A stretch of DNA of 64,000 nucleotides from Candidatus Bathyarchaeota archaeon. Lineage in GTDB: Archaea > Thermoproteota > Bathyarchaeia > Bathyarchaeales > Bathycorpusculaceae. The notes under the pieces are model-generated. The model did not search any database and had not been told where the DNA came from. It worked only from the letters and a program-made list of their open reading frames with translations. The stretch is from contig CAWHXY010000007.1 of assembly GCA_963833575.1 (NCBI GenBank), positions 631,273-695,272 on the forward strand. Reading direction: 5' to 3'. A program made the translations under genes and the position numbers. Positions 31,146 to 44,068 of the stretch are shown piece after piece (the stretch's first letter is position 1; each line of letters begins with the position of its first letter).

Positions 31146-31230
31146 TGCAGAGGGTGGGATTTGAACCCACGAACCTCTACAGGATAGGCTCCTGAAGCCT
31201 ACGCCTTTGACCATGCTCGGCGACCTCTGC
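31146..31230 (-). tRNA. tRNA-Leu(CAG)
   Basis: GCAGAGG acceptor stem, loop TT-CAG-GA, long variable arm, GGTTCAAATCC. Confidence 0.93.
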
Positions 31231-31306
31231 GTTTAGTGGTGTATCAAAATTAGTTCTTAATGATAAATATGTTACCACTAGCAAAGCTGCCGTGGTTTTT
31301 GAATTC

Positions 31307-31591
31307 TTAAGCTTGGACTTTGAGTTTTTCAATTATTTTTTGAGTTTCTTCTTCGGAGGGATGTGTGATGGCGCCTACAGGGCAGATGTCTTCGCAACCT
31401 CTGCACATAACTACGCATGCATTTTGATTTTTTACAACCGTTTTCTTTTCATCATCTTTTACTTCGAATCCAAAAGTCTTCATGTGACAGAAATCTACGC
31501 ATTTTACGCATCTGATACATTTTTCGTAATTGATTTTCGGGCTCCAAGGTATTTTACTTCTAGGAACGCCCTCATATGTTTCTTCAGACAC
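31307..31591 (-). CDS. 4Fe-4S dicluster ferredoxin-family protein
   Basis: CIRCVKCVDFC and CVVMCRGCEDICP. Confidence 0.88.
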   Translation of the reverse strand: MSEETYEGVPRSKIPWSPKINYEKCIRCVKCVDFCHMKTFGFEVKDDEKKTVVKNQNACVVMCRGCEDICPVGAITHPSEEETQKIIEKLKVQA

Positions 31592-31620
31592 AATTTTGCC
31601 TTCTTTTCAAATTTAAGGAG

Positions 31621-31694
31621 GGCCGGGGCAGGGATTTGAACCCTGGCAAAAGGCTCCACAGGCCTCTAGGCTACCAAGCTACCTCACCCCGGCC
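31621..31694 (-). tRNA. tRNA-His(GTG), G-1 encoded
   Basis: G-GCCGGGG acceptor stem, loop CT-GTG-GA, GGTTCAAATCC, discriminator C. Confidence 0.93.
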
Positions 31695-31929
31695 ACTTTT
31701 CGCTGACTTCAGCCTCTTTTCACGCTTGGGTGCAAACATTTACGTTTTCTCAGCAATATTAACTTGTCTTTTCAACGAAGGATTTCAATCACTGACACAG
31801 GCTAATTCCTTTAGCAATTAAGCCATTATAAAAGTGCGGCTAAAGGAGGTAACACCAAATTTTGATTGTTCTTCTGCAAGTACCTTTAACTTCAAGTTTT
31901 TCTCTACCTATGCATAGAAGGCCGATTGG

Positions 31930-32556
31930 TTGACAGACGCTTGGCGCGAACCCTATCATGTCGTAATAGAATTAGAAAACAAGGATTGTAAAATGGTAAA
32001 GAAACTCGCTTCTTTGGGATTTAGCCATTTGAAAGTTGTTGATGTACGCAGTTCAAGCAGCGGATCAGTTAGGCACCTCATGGATGTGGGTGAAGATCAA
32101 GCGCATAAGGTTCCACGAGAACTTACAACTAAAGGTCATGTTGAAGGTAAATCGTCAGTTTGGCTTGAAAGTGAAGGTTGCCAAGTCTGCAACACCATTT
32201 TGTCGCATGACGCTTTTTTAGTATCAGGTAAAAGCATCCAAGGCAACATGTTGACTTACAGTTTCATGGTGCCAACCTTCGAGGCCTACAGAGGAATATT
32301 AAGCGACTTGGAAAAAGCAGGCTACAATGTTAACGTGCGCAAACTAGGCAAGTTTGAGCAGCAAATCGGCGTTTTAACGGAAAACCAAGAGAGAATCTTT
32401 TGGCTTGCATTAAAAAGTGGGTTTTTTGATTATCCAAGACAAATAGGCATGGCGGAGCTCGCGGCTAAACTGGGAATCAGCGCAGCTACGCTTTCAGAGA
32501 TTGTTCGTAGAGGAACAAGAAGACTGCTTGAGCACTACTTCAAACGTGAATTGTAG
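31930..32556 (+). CDS. Bacterio-opsin activator (HTH_10) family regulator
   Basis: LT..QE...A...GFFDYPR..G..ELA..LGIS..T.SE..RR. Confidence 0.9.
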   Translation: MTDAWREPYHVVIELENKDCKMVKKLASLGFSHLKVVDVRSSSSGSVRHLMDVGEDQAHKVPRELTTKGHVEGKSSVWLESEGCQVCNTILSHDAFLVSGKSIQGNMLTYSFMVPTFEAYRGILSDLEKAGYNVNVRKLGKFEQQIGVLTENQERIFWLALKSGFFDYPRQIGMAELAAKLGISAATLSEIVRRGTRRLLEHYFKREL

Positions 32557-32567
32557 AAAAGAAGAAA

Positions 32568-33245
32568 TTAGATCCTAAGTTGAACGTTTTCGGTGTATTG
32601 ACGTATTATTTCTGCAAATTCCTTGATTGTTTCTGGTGCATAAGGTTTGAGCGCTTGAAATTGCTTATCCAATGTGTCCTCTGGGATGAATTGTTGGAGT
32701 GCATGGGTTTTTGAGCCTTTTACCATTTCACCAATGCATGTTGCGTCTTGAGCTGTAACGAGTTCTGGAACAACTGTTGTCCTGAATTCATAAGGTACTT
32801 TGCCCATTTTCAGGATTTCCATGGTCCGCAATAATCCATTGGTATCTTGTGCACCGAGCAGTTTGTATTTTTCCTTACAGGTTTTAACATCCATAGCCAC
32901 GTAGTCCACGCTTGCCAAGCATTCCTCAAGCACGTCTGGAAAAAATCCGTTTGTATCCAACTTCACTGAAAAGCCTCGTTGCTTGAGCTTAGCGAGGAAT
33001 TTGGGCAGTTCCTTATGCATGCATGGTTCCCCACCGGTAATGACAACTGCATCAACGTATTTTTTGCGACTTTCAAGGATTTCCAGTGCCGCAGCTTCTT
33101 GCAGAAACGGCGGCTGCGGGTTTGTGGTTATTCGCCAATTGTGGCAGAAGGGACAACGTAGATTACAGCCTGGAGTAAACAGCACACTGGCTACTTTGTC
33201 GGGGTAATCAAGTAAACTTGTTTTTTGTATTCCACTAAACTTCAT
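32568..33245 (-). CDS. nrdG: Anaerobic ribonucleotide reductase activating enzyme (radical SAM)
   Basis: GCNLRCPFCHN, TGGEP, KLDTNG, EFRTT; directly downstream of nrdD. Confidence 0.93.
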   Translation of the reverse strand: MKFSGIQKTSLLDYPDKVASVLFTPGCNLRCPFCHNWRITTNPQPPFLQEAAALEILESRKKYVDAVVITGGEPCMHKELPKFLAKLKQRGFSVKLDTNGFFPDVLEECLASVDYVAMDVKTCKEKYKLLGAQDTNGLLRTMEILKMGKVPYEFRTTVVPELVTAQDATCIGEMVKGSKTHALQQFIPEDTLDKQFQALKPYAPETIKEFAEIIRQYTENVQLRI

Positions 33246-33260
33246 GAAGTAATTTTCCTC

Positions 33261-35387
33261 TCAGGTTGTTAAGGGCGCCGTAGGCATAACTGTTGATCGA
33301 TCAAAAGTTTTACGTATGGCAAATTCTGCTTGTTTTCCATCGTTCCATTGGTCAACTGGTCTTAGGTACCCAACTACTCGTGAGTAGATTTCGCAGTTTG
33401 CTCCGCAAACGGGGCATTGTTTGTGTTCACCGCTTGTGTAACCGTGGGTTGGGCAAATACTAAAGGTCGGCGTTAATGTGAAGTAGGGTAGTTTTGAGTT
33501 CATCGATACTTTCTTGATCAGTTCAGCAGCTGCCTTCCATGAGTGTAACCGTTCGCCCATGAAAATGTGAAACACTGTACCTCCTGTATAAAGTGACTGC
33601 AATGTTTCCTGATGTTCTAGGGCTTCGAAGAGGTCACCGGCAAAATCAACGGGAAGCTGAGAAGAGTTAGTATAGAATGGTTCAGCATGATTTGCGTTAA
33701 TCTGTTTTTGGTTGGCGAATATTATGTCTTTATAGCGTTTTTTGTCTATGCGAGCAAGTCTATAAGATGTTCCTTCGGCGGGGGTAGCTTCAAGGTTGTA
33801 TATGCAGTCTGTTTCTTCTTGATAATCGGCTAAACGGTTGCGCATGAAAGTCAACAGTTTCAGAGCGAATGCTTGTCCGTCAGGTGATGCAATATTTTGT
33901 CCTAGCAGGTTCAAGATTGCTTCGTTGACGCCCACGATTCCTATCGTGGAAAAATGATTCTTCCAGAATTTGTCGTAGCCATCCTTTACATGACGTAGGT
34001 ACCGTCGTGAATAGGGGTACAAACCGTTATCGGTGAATGCCTCAAGTACTTTGCGTTTTATCTCTAAGCTTGCTTTTGCAGTTTCCATTAAGGCTTCTAA
34101 GCGCTCAAAGAACTCGTCTTCATCTTTCGACAGATAACCGACTCTTGGAAGATTGAGAGTTACAACGCCTATGCTACCAGTTAATGGATTAGCGCCAAAG
34201 AATCCACCGCCCCGTTTGCGTAACTCACGATTATCTATTCTCAGGCGGCAGCACATACTTCGAACATCTTCAGGTTTCATGTCAGTGTTAACAAAGTTTG
34301 AGAAGTATGGTACACCATATTTGGCGGTTACTTCAAAGATAGCTTGTGACACCTTTGAATCCCAATCGAAATCTTTGGTTATATTGTATGTAGGAATGGG
34401 GAAGGTGAAAACTCTGCCCTTTGAGTCGCCTTGTTGCATGACCTGAGCGAAAGCTAAATTGAACATTTCCATTTCCTTGGTCATGCTTCCGTATGTGTCT
34501 TGGGTTAATTTTCCATTGAAGAGAACTGCTTCGTCCTTCATGAAATCGGGCACAGTTAAATCTAAAGTTAAATTGGTAAATGGTGTTTGGAAACCTACGC
34601 GTGTCGGCACGTTCATGTTGAAGAAGAATTCTTGTAGCGCTTGTTCAACATCTTTCTGTTGAAGGTTGTCGTATTTTATGAATGGTGCAAGGTAAGTGTC
34701 AAAGTTGCTAAATGCCTGTGCTCCTGCCGCTTCGCCTTGTAAGGTGTAGAAAAAGTTTACGACTTGACCTAATGCTGTGCGAAAATGTTTTGCAGGTTTG
34801 CTTTCGATTTTTCCATGTACTCCGCCGAATCCGGAGAGCAGTAAGTCACTTATGTCCCAGCCGACGCAGTAAGGTCCTAAGACGCCTAAGTCGTGAATGT
34901 GTATGTCGCCTGAAAAGTGGGCGTCAGCGATGTTTGTTGGGTAAATTCTGGAAATCCAGTATTTAGCGATCACAGTTGATGATAAATAATTGTTTAATCC
35001 TTGCAGGGAATAGCTCATGTTGCTGTTTTCTTTTACTCGCCAATCCTCAACCTCAAGGTACTGGTCCACCATGTCTGAGGAGCTTAACAGCGCAGCTAAT
35101 TCACGCATGTCGGTATGCTGTTTCCTGTAGAGAATGTAGGCTTTAGCTGTCTGGGCATGTCCATTTTCAATTAAACGTTTTTCAACGATATCTTGAACTT
35201 CCTCAACGGTCGGCACTCCATCGTCGCCGTAAGTCTTTTGCAGTTCAGCCACTACTTCATCGCTCAAGCGTTTTGCTTGATCTTTGTTTGTTCCGCCTAC
35301 TGCTTTTACCGCTTTCCAAATGGCGGTTGTTATTCGTTCCTGATCAAAGGGTTCTAACTTACTATCACGTTTTAATACAAACCTCAT
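33261..35387 (-). CDS. nrdD: Class III anaerobic ribonucleoside-triphosphate reductase with ATP cone
   Basis: ATP cone, IHIHDL, SMCCRL, EATPAEG, YSRVVGYLRP glycyl-radical motif. Confidence 0.96.
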   Translation of the reverse strand: MRFVLKRDSKLEPFDQERITTAIWKAVKAVGGTNKDQAKRLSDEVVAELQKTYGDDGVPTVEEVQDIVEKRLIENGHAQTAKAYILYRKQHTDMRELAALLSSSDMVDQYLEVEDWRVKENSNMSYSLQGLNNYLSSTVIAKYWISRIYPTNIADAHFSGDIHIHDLGVLGPYCVGWDISDLLLSGFGGVHGKIESKPAKHFRTALGQVVNFFYTLQGEAAGAQAFSNFDTYLAPFIKYDNLQQKDVEQALQEFFFNMNVPTRVGFQTPFTNLTLDLTVPDFMKDEAVLFNGKLTQDTYGSMTKEMEMFNLAFAQVMQQGDSKGRVFTFPIPTYNITKDFDWDSKVSQAIFEVTAKYGVPYFSNFVNTDMKPEDVRSMCCRLRIDNRELRKRGGGFFGANPLTGSIGVVTLNLPRVGYLSKDEDEFFERLEALMETAKASLEIKRKVLEAFTDNGLYPYSRRYLRHVKDGYDKFWKNHFSTIGIVGVNEAILNLLGQNIASPDGQAFALKLLTFMRNRLADYQEETDCIYNLEATPAEGTSYRLARIDKKRYKDIIFANQKQINANHAEPFYTNSSQLPVDFAGDLFEALEHQETLQSLYTGGTVFHIFMGERLHSWKAAAELIKKVSMNSKLPYFTLTPTFSICPTHGYTSGEHKQCPVCGANCEIYSRVVGYLRPVDQWNDGKQAEFAIRKTFDRSTVMPTAPLTT

Positions 35388-35830
35388 TTTTTCACCTCAA
35401 GGAGTAACCGCCTGAAATCTTCAGGCTCTTCAAACTGTTTATAAACTGAAGCAAATCGAATGTATGCGATGCGGTCTAAGTTTTTTAGATGCTTCATGAT
35501 TAAATCCCCGATTTCTTGGGATGCAACTTCTTCCGCATCTTTTAGCATAAGATCCTGCCTTACTTTGCCTGCCAACTCGTTGATTTGGCTCATAGTTACA
35601 GGTCTTTTCTCACATGCTTTCTGTAAGCCACGTATAATCTTGTTTACGTCGAAACGTTGAAGCTCACCGTCTTTTTTCCTAACCATAAGCTCTACTGTTT
35701 CCAGATACTCGTAGGTAGTGTAGCGTTTTGAGCAGTTAATACATTCTCTGCGTCTACGCGTAGTGTTCTCTGGAGAGTCGCGTGTTTCCAATGTTTTGGA
35801 GTTTTCCGAATTACAGTAGGGGCATCTCAT
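35384..35830 (-). CDS. nrdR: Transcriptional repressor NrdR
   Basis: MRCPYC, RRRREC..C..RYTTYE, ATP cone, AYIRFASVY. Confidence 0.96.
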   Translation of the reverse strand: MRCPYCNSENSKTLETRDSPENTTRRRRECINCSKRYTTYEYLETVELMVRKKDGELQRFDVNKIIRGLQKACEKRPVTMSQINELAGKVRQDLMLKDAEEVASQEIGDLIMKHLKNLDRIAYIRFASVYKQFEEPEDFRRLLLEVKK

Positions 35831-35852
35831 ATATTCAACATACTCATGCTTT

Positions 35853-35900
35853 GCTATATATGTAGTGTAACAATCTGACTGTAACCACTATAGTTAGCGT
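35853..35900. promoter_or_regulatory. Tandem NrdR boxes
   Basis: gctatatatgtagtgt (35853) and ccactatagttagcgt (35885) each match acaCwAtATaTwGtgt at 12/16 positions and lie 32 bp apart, between the TATA box (about 35901-35908, minus strand) and the nrdR ATG. Confidence 0.8.
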
Positions 35901-36144
35901 ATATATAAGGTCTTTTTACATTAAAACGCAAATATCATGTATTAAGACAAAAACCACTCCATAAAAAATAAACAAAAAACACAAAATAAAAAATTGAAAA
36001 ACAGACCTTTTTCAGCAAAAAGCCCCTTTTTCACGCAAATAATAGTTAGGTTAAAGCTTGCGCAAGAAATATAATTAAAATGGTATATACAGGCTTACTT
36101 ACCTTTATCTTGATAAAATACGAGAATATGACTAAGGTTCAGAT

Positions 36145-36498
36145 ATGAAGCCAAAAATTGTAAAAGCTAGCTCCTTAAAAGAATACGCAACTCCAGAACG
36201 GTGTTTTTTATATGAAAATTATAGCGATGATAACGTTTCAATTGCAAGAGCGCGAGTTAAACCCGGAGTTACAACCGCTGCACACCATCTCAAAGGGGCA
36301 ACAGAAATATGCATTATTTCCCGTGGACGAGGCAAAGTGAAAGTTGGAGATCTCCAACCAACTGAAGTATTTGCTGGCGACGTAGTAGTTATTCCAGCTG
36401 GCGTTTCTCAAAAAATAACTAACATCGGAAAGACCGATTTAATATTCCATTGCGTCTGCACACCAAGATTCACTGCAGACTGTTACTTTACTGAATAG
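36145..36498 (+). CDS. Cupin domain protein
   Basis: PG.TT..HH, E...I..G.G, GDVV.IPAG..QKI.N.G. Confidence 0.88.
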   Translation: MKPKIVKASSLKEYATPERCFLYENYSDDNVSIARARVKPGVTTAAHHLKGATEICIISRGRGKVKVGDLQPTEVFAGDVVVIPAGVSQKITNIGKTDLIFHCVCTPRFTADCYFTE

Positions 36499-36649
36499 GA
36501 GACAGAAAAAAGTCGCCATAAAAACCGACATATATCCATTTTGATAATACCGCTTTATATGTTTTAGACACCAATTAGGGAAATGAGAAGAAAGGAGAAA
36601 AAGAGGAGAAAGGGAAGGCTTCTTACGCCTCTTTATGAGGCATTCCTTC

Positions 36650-39545
<2,896 letters not shown>

Positions 39546-39569
39546 TAATTATTTTCAATTTTCTGACTG

Positions 39570-39707
39570 CTATCCGCTGCCAGATGCCTTATCGATTCCT
39601 ATGCAACAAGTGCATTTTGCGGTTTCTCTACAATATGGACAAACACAGTTACAATCATCGATAAATTTTCCGCAGTTTAAGCAACGAGGCAAATCTTTTT
39701 CGCACAT
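39570..39707 (-). CDS. 45-aa Cys-rich peptide (MCEKDLPRCLNCGKFIDDCNCVCPYCRETAKCTCCIGIDKASGSG)
   Basis: Below the ORF-track cutoff; 10 Cys; fills the gap between the co-oriented ferritin-like gene and korA. Confidence 0.75.
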   Translation of the reverse strand: MCEKDLPRCLNCGKFIDDCNCVCPYCRETAKCTCCIGIDKASGSG

Positions 39708-39808
39708 TATCACTTCGCCTCTGCCATATTTATGGTTGCATAATCTTCGGAATTAAGTTTTCGGAATTGGGTTTTCCTATGTTTGATAAAAGAGGGGAAG
39801 AATGTTTT

Positions 39809-40798
39809 TTATTTTACAAAGTCATCGAATGTCCAATAATGATCTTCTTCTTGGAGTATTATGTCTTCGAACATGCGTCTTGTTGTTGTGTCGCCGCGTT
39901 TGAGTGCTTCTGCGATAATTTGTCGGTATAGAGATATTGTGGTGCTTTCTAATGCATGATCCAGTGTTAAGAAGTCCTGAGCTGTGTCACCGACTGCTGG
40001 AAGTGGATCTGGTTTGTATGTTGCTTCACCTTCAAGTAGAAAAATACGTTCGCTGATTTTTTCCAGATGGTCCATTTCTGCCATAAAGACGTCTTTCAAT
40101 ATTTTGCTTACAACTGCAGCTTTGTTGGTTTCGCTGACAGTTTCCAATGGAGTATTTTTCATTCGGAGTTCAAGGAAAGCCATTTTTTCATGCTGATTTG
40201 TGTATTGGATAATTGCAGTTATTTCTCCTGAGACAGCCTTGTTTAAAAGCGTAAAGTAATCGTCCGTGTATATTTTACGCCACTCTGCCAACGGCACTTT
40301 GCTTGGCACGTCTTTCTCGTCTTGGAACTTTGTATATTCTTGAAACTTGAATAAGTGACCTTCTTCTTCACCGTAGATTTTTTCGAATACTTCGCGTGTT
40401 TCCCAATCACCCATTTTTCCAGCTGTCTCGATGATTTGCCGGTAAAGTGTAAGGGCTTCTTCTTCAGCCTTTACGCCTAGCTTGGCAAATTCGCTTAAGC
40501 TATCGCCAACATTAATTTTGCTAGATTTGGTTGTTGCTTTTCCACCAAGATAGTAAATGCGTTCCATAATAGTTGCTGCATGCTTCATTTCTTGAATTGC
40601 AATTTCGCGTAGGAATTTTCCAACAGCATCATAAGTGGTTTTATCTAGGAGAATATTTTCGGGAAGAGTTCTTCGTACAAGTTTTTCCATTTTTGCGTGT
40701 TGAAGCATATATTGGAGTGAAACTTGAAATTCACGTTCAACTGCTTTGTTGAGTAAATCTACGTAATCTGGGGTTGTTTTGACTGCCATTAAAATCAC
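39809..40798 (-). CDS. Tandem two-domain ferritin-like (bacterioferritin-type) protein
   Basis: Two repeats of LLNKAV..E....QY..QH / EM.H....ERI / Y.QII / D..TR..FE.I...EE.H. Confidence 0.88.
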   Translation of the reverse strand: MILMAVKTTPDYVDLLNKAVEREFQVSLQYMLQHAKMEKLVRRTLPENILLDKTTYDAVGKFLREIAIQEMKHAATIMERIYYLGGKATTKSSKINVGDSLSEFAKLGVKAEEEALTLYRQIIETAGKMGDWETREVFEKIYGEEEGHLFKFQEYTKFQDEKDVPSKVPLAEWRKIYTDDYFTLLNKAVSGEITAIIQYTNQHEKMAFLELRMKNTPLETVSETNKAAVVSKILKDVFMAEMDHLEKISERIFLLEGEATYKPDPLPAVGDTAQDFLTLDHALESTTISLYRQIIAEALKRGDTTTRRMFEDIILQEEDHYWTFDDFVK

Positions 40799-41035
40799 AA
40801 CTTAATCAATGAGGAGCAATATCTAGGATATAAGATTTTTGTGCTGAACAAATTCAGGCAAAATTTATGCGAAAAGGGCAAAAAACAAGTCATTGCTGAG
40901 TAACTTACTGATGTAGGGATGTTTTGCTTTGGAATCTCTCGTAAGTTAAGAGTAGGCTGATTCATGCAATATTCTTTGAAGTAAATTTTGTCCTTTGTGC
41001 TTTAAGTTGCTTTTTTGGTTTGGGGTTTGGTTTGT

Positions 41036-41115
41036 CTGCAGGTTGCGGTCTAAAAAGGTTAAAAAAGGCTAGGAAAGGTGGAAAAAGGGTATAAAAGGTT
41101 AAAAAAGGCTATGAA
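41036..41115 (+). repeat. 7 x 10-bp tandem array (AGGTTAAAAA-like) following CTGCAGGTTG
   Basis: cggtctaaaa aggttaaaaa aggctaggaa aggtggaaaa agggtataaa aggttaaaaa aggctatgaa. Confidence 0.75.
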
Positions 41116-41408
41116 AATACCGAGGTCCACAAGATCAAGCTAAGTTTGCAGTCAATTAAAGATTGATTTCCGAACCTGTTTTCTATTTATTTTCTTGCTA
41201 TAAAATCCTTTATACTAAAATTTATGCTAACTAAGAAACAGCCAAACCAGCCAATTACTTGGATGAAATGGCTGAATAAGAAAAAACGAGAATGCTTTCT
41301 TGTTTTGGGGTTTGACAAGGTATTCGTTGAATTTTCAGTTTAAATTAAAAACTCACAGAGAGAAGATAACATATCTTGCTCATATTAAGAAATATGGGGT
41401 TTGAAGGC

Positions 41409-42187
41409 CTAACGAACCTGTTTTTTCTTGGATTTGTTTCTCATTGCTTTAATACCAATAGCAGCAGTTTTGACTTTTCCAGTTAGTCCTCCTTTGAAGC
41501 TGGCATTAGTCATTTCTCTATAGTCTTTTTTAGATATTGGGACATCACTGATAGTTCGCATTGTTTCAGAAGATATTGTTCCTTTAACTAGCTCGTGTCC
41601 AGCTTGCTTAACCGCGTCAATATTGTTATCGATTAAATGAGGTACATTTGCTGCTCCAGCTGAGGGCATTAGAATTTCGCCAGCCCAAGTCAAGCCCATG
41701 TGCATTATAATTTTCTTAAAATGTTCACTCATTAAGGCAAAATTCTCCATGTCTGGAAAACCACAAGTTGAAACTAAGACACCTTTTGCCTTAGGAGCAT
41801 ATTGCTGGGGGTGATTTGTTAGTCCATTATCCATCAAAATCTGGGAAGAGTCCAAGTTTACAAAGATTCTATCTATCACGTTTTTTACTGTAGCTGGAAA
41901 ACCAAAAACGTAGACTGGTGCAGCGATGATAAAGTAATCACACTTCTTGTAAACATCGTATATTGATTGAAAATCATCTCTCTGAACACATTAACCTTTA
42001 TTTTTCCTTGCCAACAGCCCCAACAACTTGTGCAGGGTCCAATCGTCATCTTGTGTGGATAAAACTTGTAAATTTCCACTTCACCCATTCCTTGAAGCAA
42101 AGTATCTAATACTTTATCAGTGAAAGAAGGGGTTCTCAAAGAACACGATATGGCTAAAATTATTGGCACTTTTTTGTCAGATATCAT
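41409..42187 (-). pseudogene. Flavodoxin/iron-sulfur flavoprotein family pseudogene
   Basis: CTSCWGCW is followed by a frameshift near 42000 and an in-frame TAA before CVQRDD...AAPVYVFGFPA...IDR. Confidence 0.75.
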
Positions 42188-42461
42188 CAGGCAGCACTCC
42201 CGACTGCATATATCTACTATTCAATAATCTTTAGATATTAACTAAAAGACCTTTCTCAGGTGAGCTGAATTGGAAGTGGTCGACTGGATTAATTTCTAGC
42301 CTAAGTCAGAAAATAGTAATCCAGTTCCTCAATTATGTCAACTTATTCTACATCAGTAGTTCTGCTGAAAAAAGCCAGTCATGTAATTGTCTCTGGAGAT
42401 TAAAAAGCGCTAAGAGAGCTTGGCAGAAAAAAGAATTGATGAGTCTGTAAAAGGAGACTCA

Positions 42462-42671
42462 TTAATGCCGCTTATAAATAAACCGTAGGACAGCAATGAT
42501 CAGCAATAGGACACCAAAAATAAATAAGAGAGTACCTGCACCTGAACCTCGCAGCGGAGCACCATGAACATTTATTATATATTCTCCAATGATCACGAAG
42601 ATTATTCCAAGCACACCCAAAATGATGGCATGCATGTTGCGGTTTCCATTAGTTTTTACTTGTTCCCCCAT
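42462..42671 (-). CDS. Small two-TM membrane protein
   Basis: Two hydrophobic helices; GAGGA ribosome-binding site. Confidence 0.7.
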   Translation of the reverse strand: MGEQVKTNGNRNMHAIILGVLGIIFVIIGEYIINVHGAPLRGSGAGTLLFIFGVLLLIIAVLRFIYKRH

Positions 42672-43016
42672 TCAAATTCCTCTTTAGTCTTCTTCATTCC
42701 TTTTAATATATAAGCTTTACAAGAGATAATTGTTGGAGTTTTTCCCGTTGGACCACTTATTGGTTGGTATCAAACTCCCTAACTGAGTTTAAGAACTGTC
42801 AATAGTTTAGTTTGATTTCACATTTAAATTCATGAACTAATTACAAATAGCCTTGGACATCATGTATTCTCTGAGCGCTCAATTCCTAAGTTCAAAGTTA
42901 AAGTTAAGTATCAGGTTTTTTTGATTGGCTTTCAATGAAAACAGGCTAATATCCTCTTTCTTACTTTTCTGACTAAAGTATCAACGAAAAGCTTGTTAAA
43001 TTAGGGTTGTTGTGTT

Positions 43017-43075
43017 TGCAGGTTGGGGGTTATTGCGTTTTTCTGCGTTGAAATGCGTTGTTTTGCGTTCTAAAA
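43017..43075 (+). repeat. 10-bp-periodic array (TGCGTT core x4) following TGCAGGTTG
   Basis: tattgcgttt ttctgcgttg aaatgcgttg ttttgcgttc. Confidence 0.65.
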
Positions 43076-43184
43076 GCTTAAGCGTAGTTGTTGGCACTCC
43101 TCTAACTGAGAAAGCAATTTACTGCGAAGAGCAAAAAAAACGTTTAGGCCCAAAATTGATTTGCTGTGTTTCAATTTGAGAGCT

Positions 43185-43997
43185 TTATTGTAATTGTTTA
43201 CCGCATGCTCGACAGTAGATGGCGTCACTGTTGTTTTCTGTTCCACAGTAAGTACAATACCTCTTTTGCGTTGCAACGGCCAAAGGGGGTTGAGTAGTGG
43301 AGTAAGTCGATATGGTTGGGACTGGCGATGGTTTAAGTGAGTTGAATCCTAAAGCTGCAAAAATCCAAGCTATCCAAATTAGTAAAATTCCCACGCCCAC
43401 AATTGTTAGTACAGTTCCGATCAAATATAGGCGCCCTGCAGTCTTAAAATTGTCAACTTTTGACTTTTCGCCAAGTTTATTGAAGGCACGCAGGTAAAGC
43501 ACAGAACTAATTATTCCCAAAACAAGGGCCACCACCGCCAAAACTATAAGTGCGATGATGTACTGCACAAGAAAATTCACTGTTGGCGGAGCAGTTTGAA
43601 TTGGTGTATACGCAGTTGTCTGAGTGGTTGTTTGAGTAATATTTCGTGTCAAGTTTCCTATGAGAGCTATTTCTATTGCAACAAAAGTTATTCCTGTCAC
43701 GATGTTGATGATGAAAGCATATAATGTGTTTTTGAAAATGCTTGGCTCGTTGTAATATTGTGATAAACGATGCATAGCTATAACGAATAGGACTAATCCT
43801 GCGAATGCTATTACGCCGACAACAAAAAGTAGAATTATCGTGGTTAATGGAAACGAAGAGATACTATTTGATCCAGAAACACTACTGGTAATACTCGAAA
43901 AAATCAGAAAGGCATATGCTAAGCCAATAATAACCGGCATAATAACCGCTATCAAACTAGCGGTAAATCCTAATTTTCTGCTTGATTCTAACGACAT
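43185..43997 (-). CDS. DUF996-like membrane protein with C-terminal zinc ribbon
   Basis: LS.YYNEP.IF.N.LY, F.TAG.LY.IG.VLTI, YC.YCG.EN..DA.YC..CG. Confidence 0.8.
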   Translation of the reverse strand: MSLESSRKLGFTASLIAVIMPVIIGLAYAFLIFSSITSSVSGSNSISSFPLTTIILLFVVGVIAFAGLVLFVIAMHRLSQYYNEPSIFKNTLYAFIINIVTGITFVAIEIALIGNLTRNITQTTTQTTAYTPIQTAPPTVNFLVQYIIALIVLAVVALVLGIISSVLYLRAFNKLGEKSKVDNFKTAGRLYLIGTVLTIVGVGILLIWIAWIFAALGFNSLKPSPVPTISTYSTTQPPLAVATQKRYCTYCGTENNSDAIYCRACGKQLQ

Positions 43998-44068
43998 ATT
44001 AAATAATCTTGTATAGGTAACGTTTTAGGGATAAGCTTTTTGCAAACGAAAACCAACAACGCTAGTCT

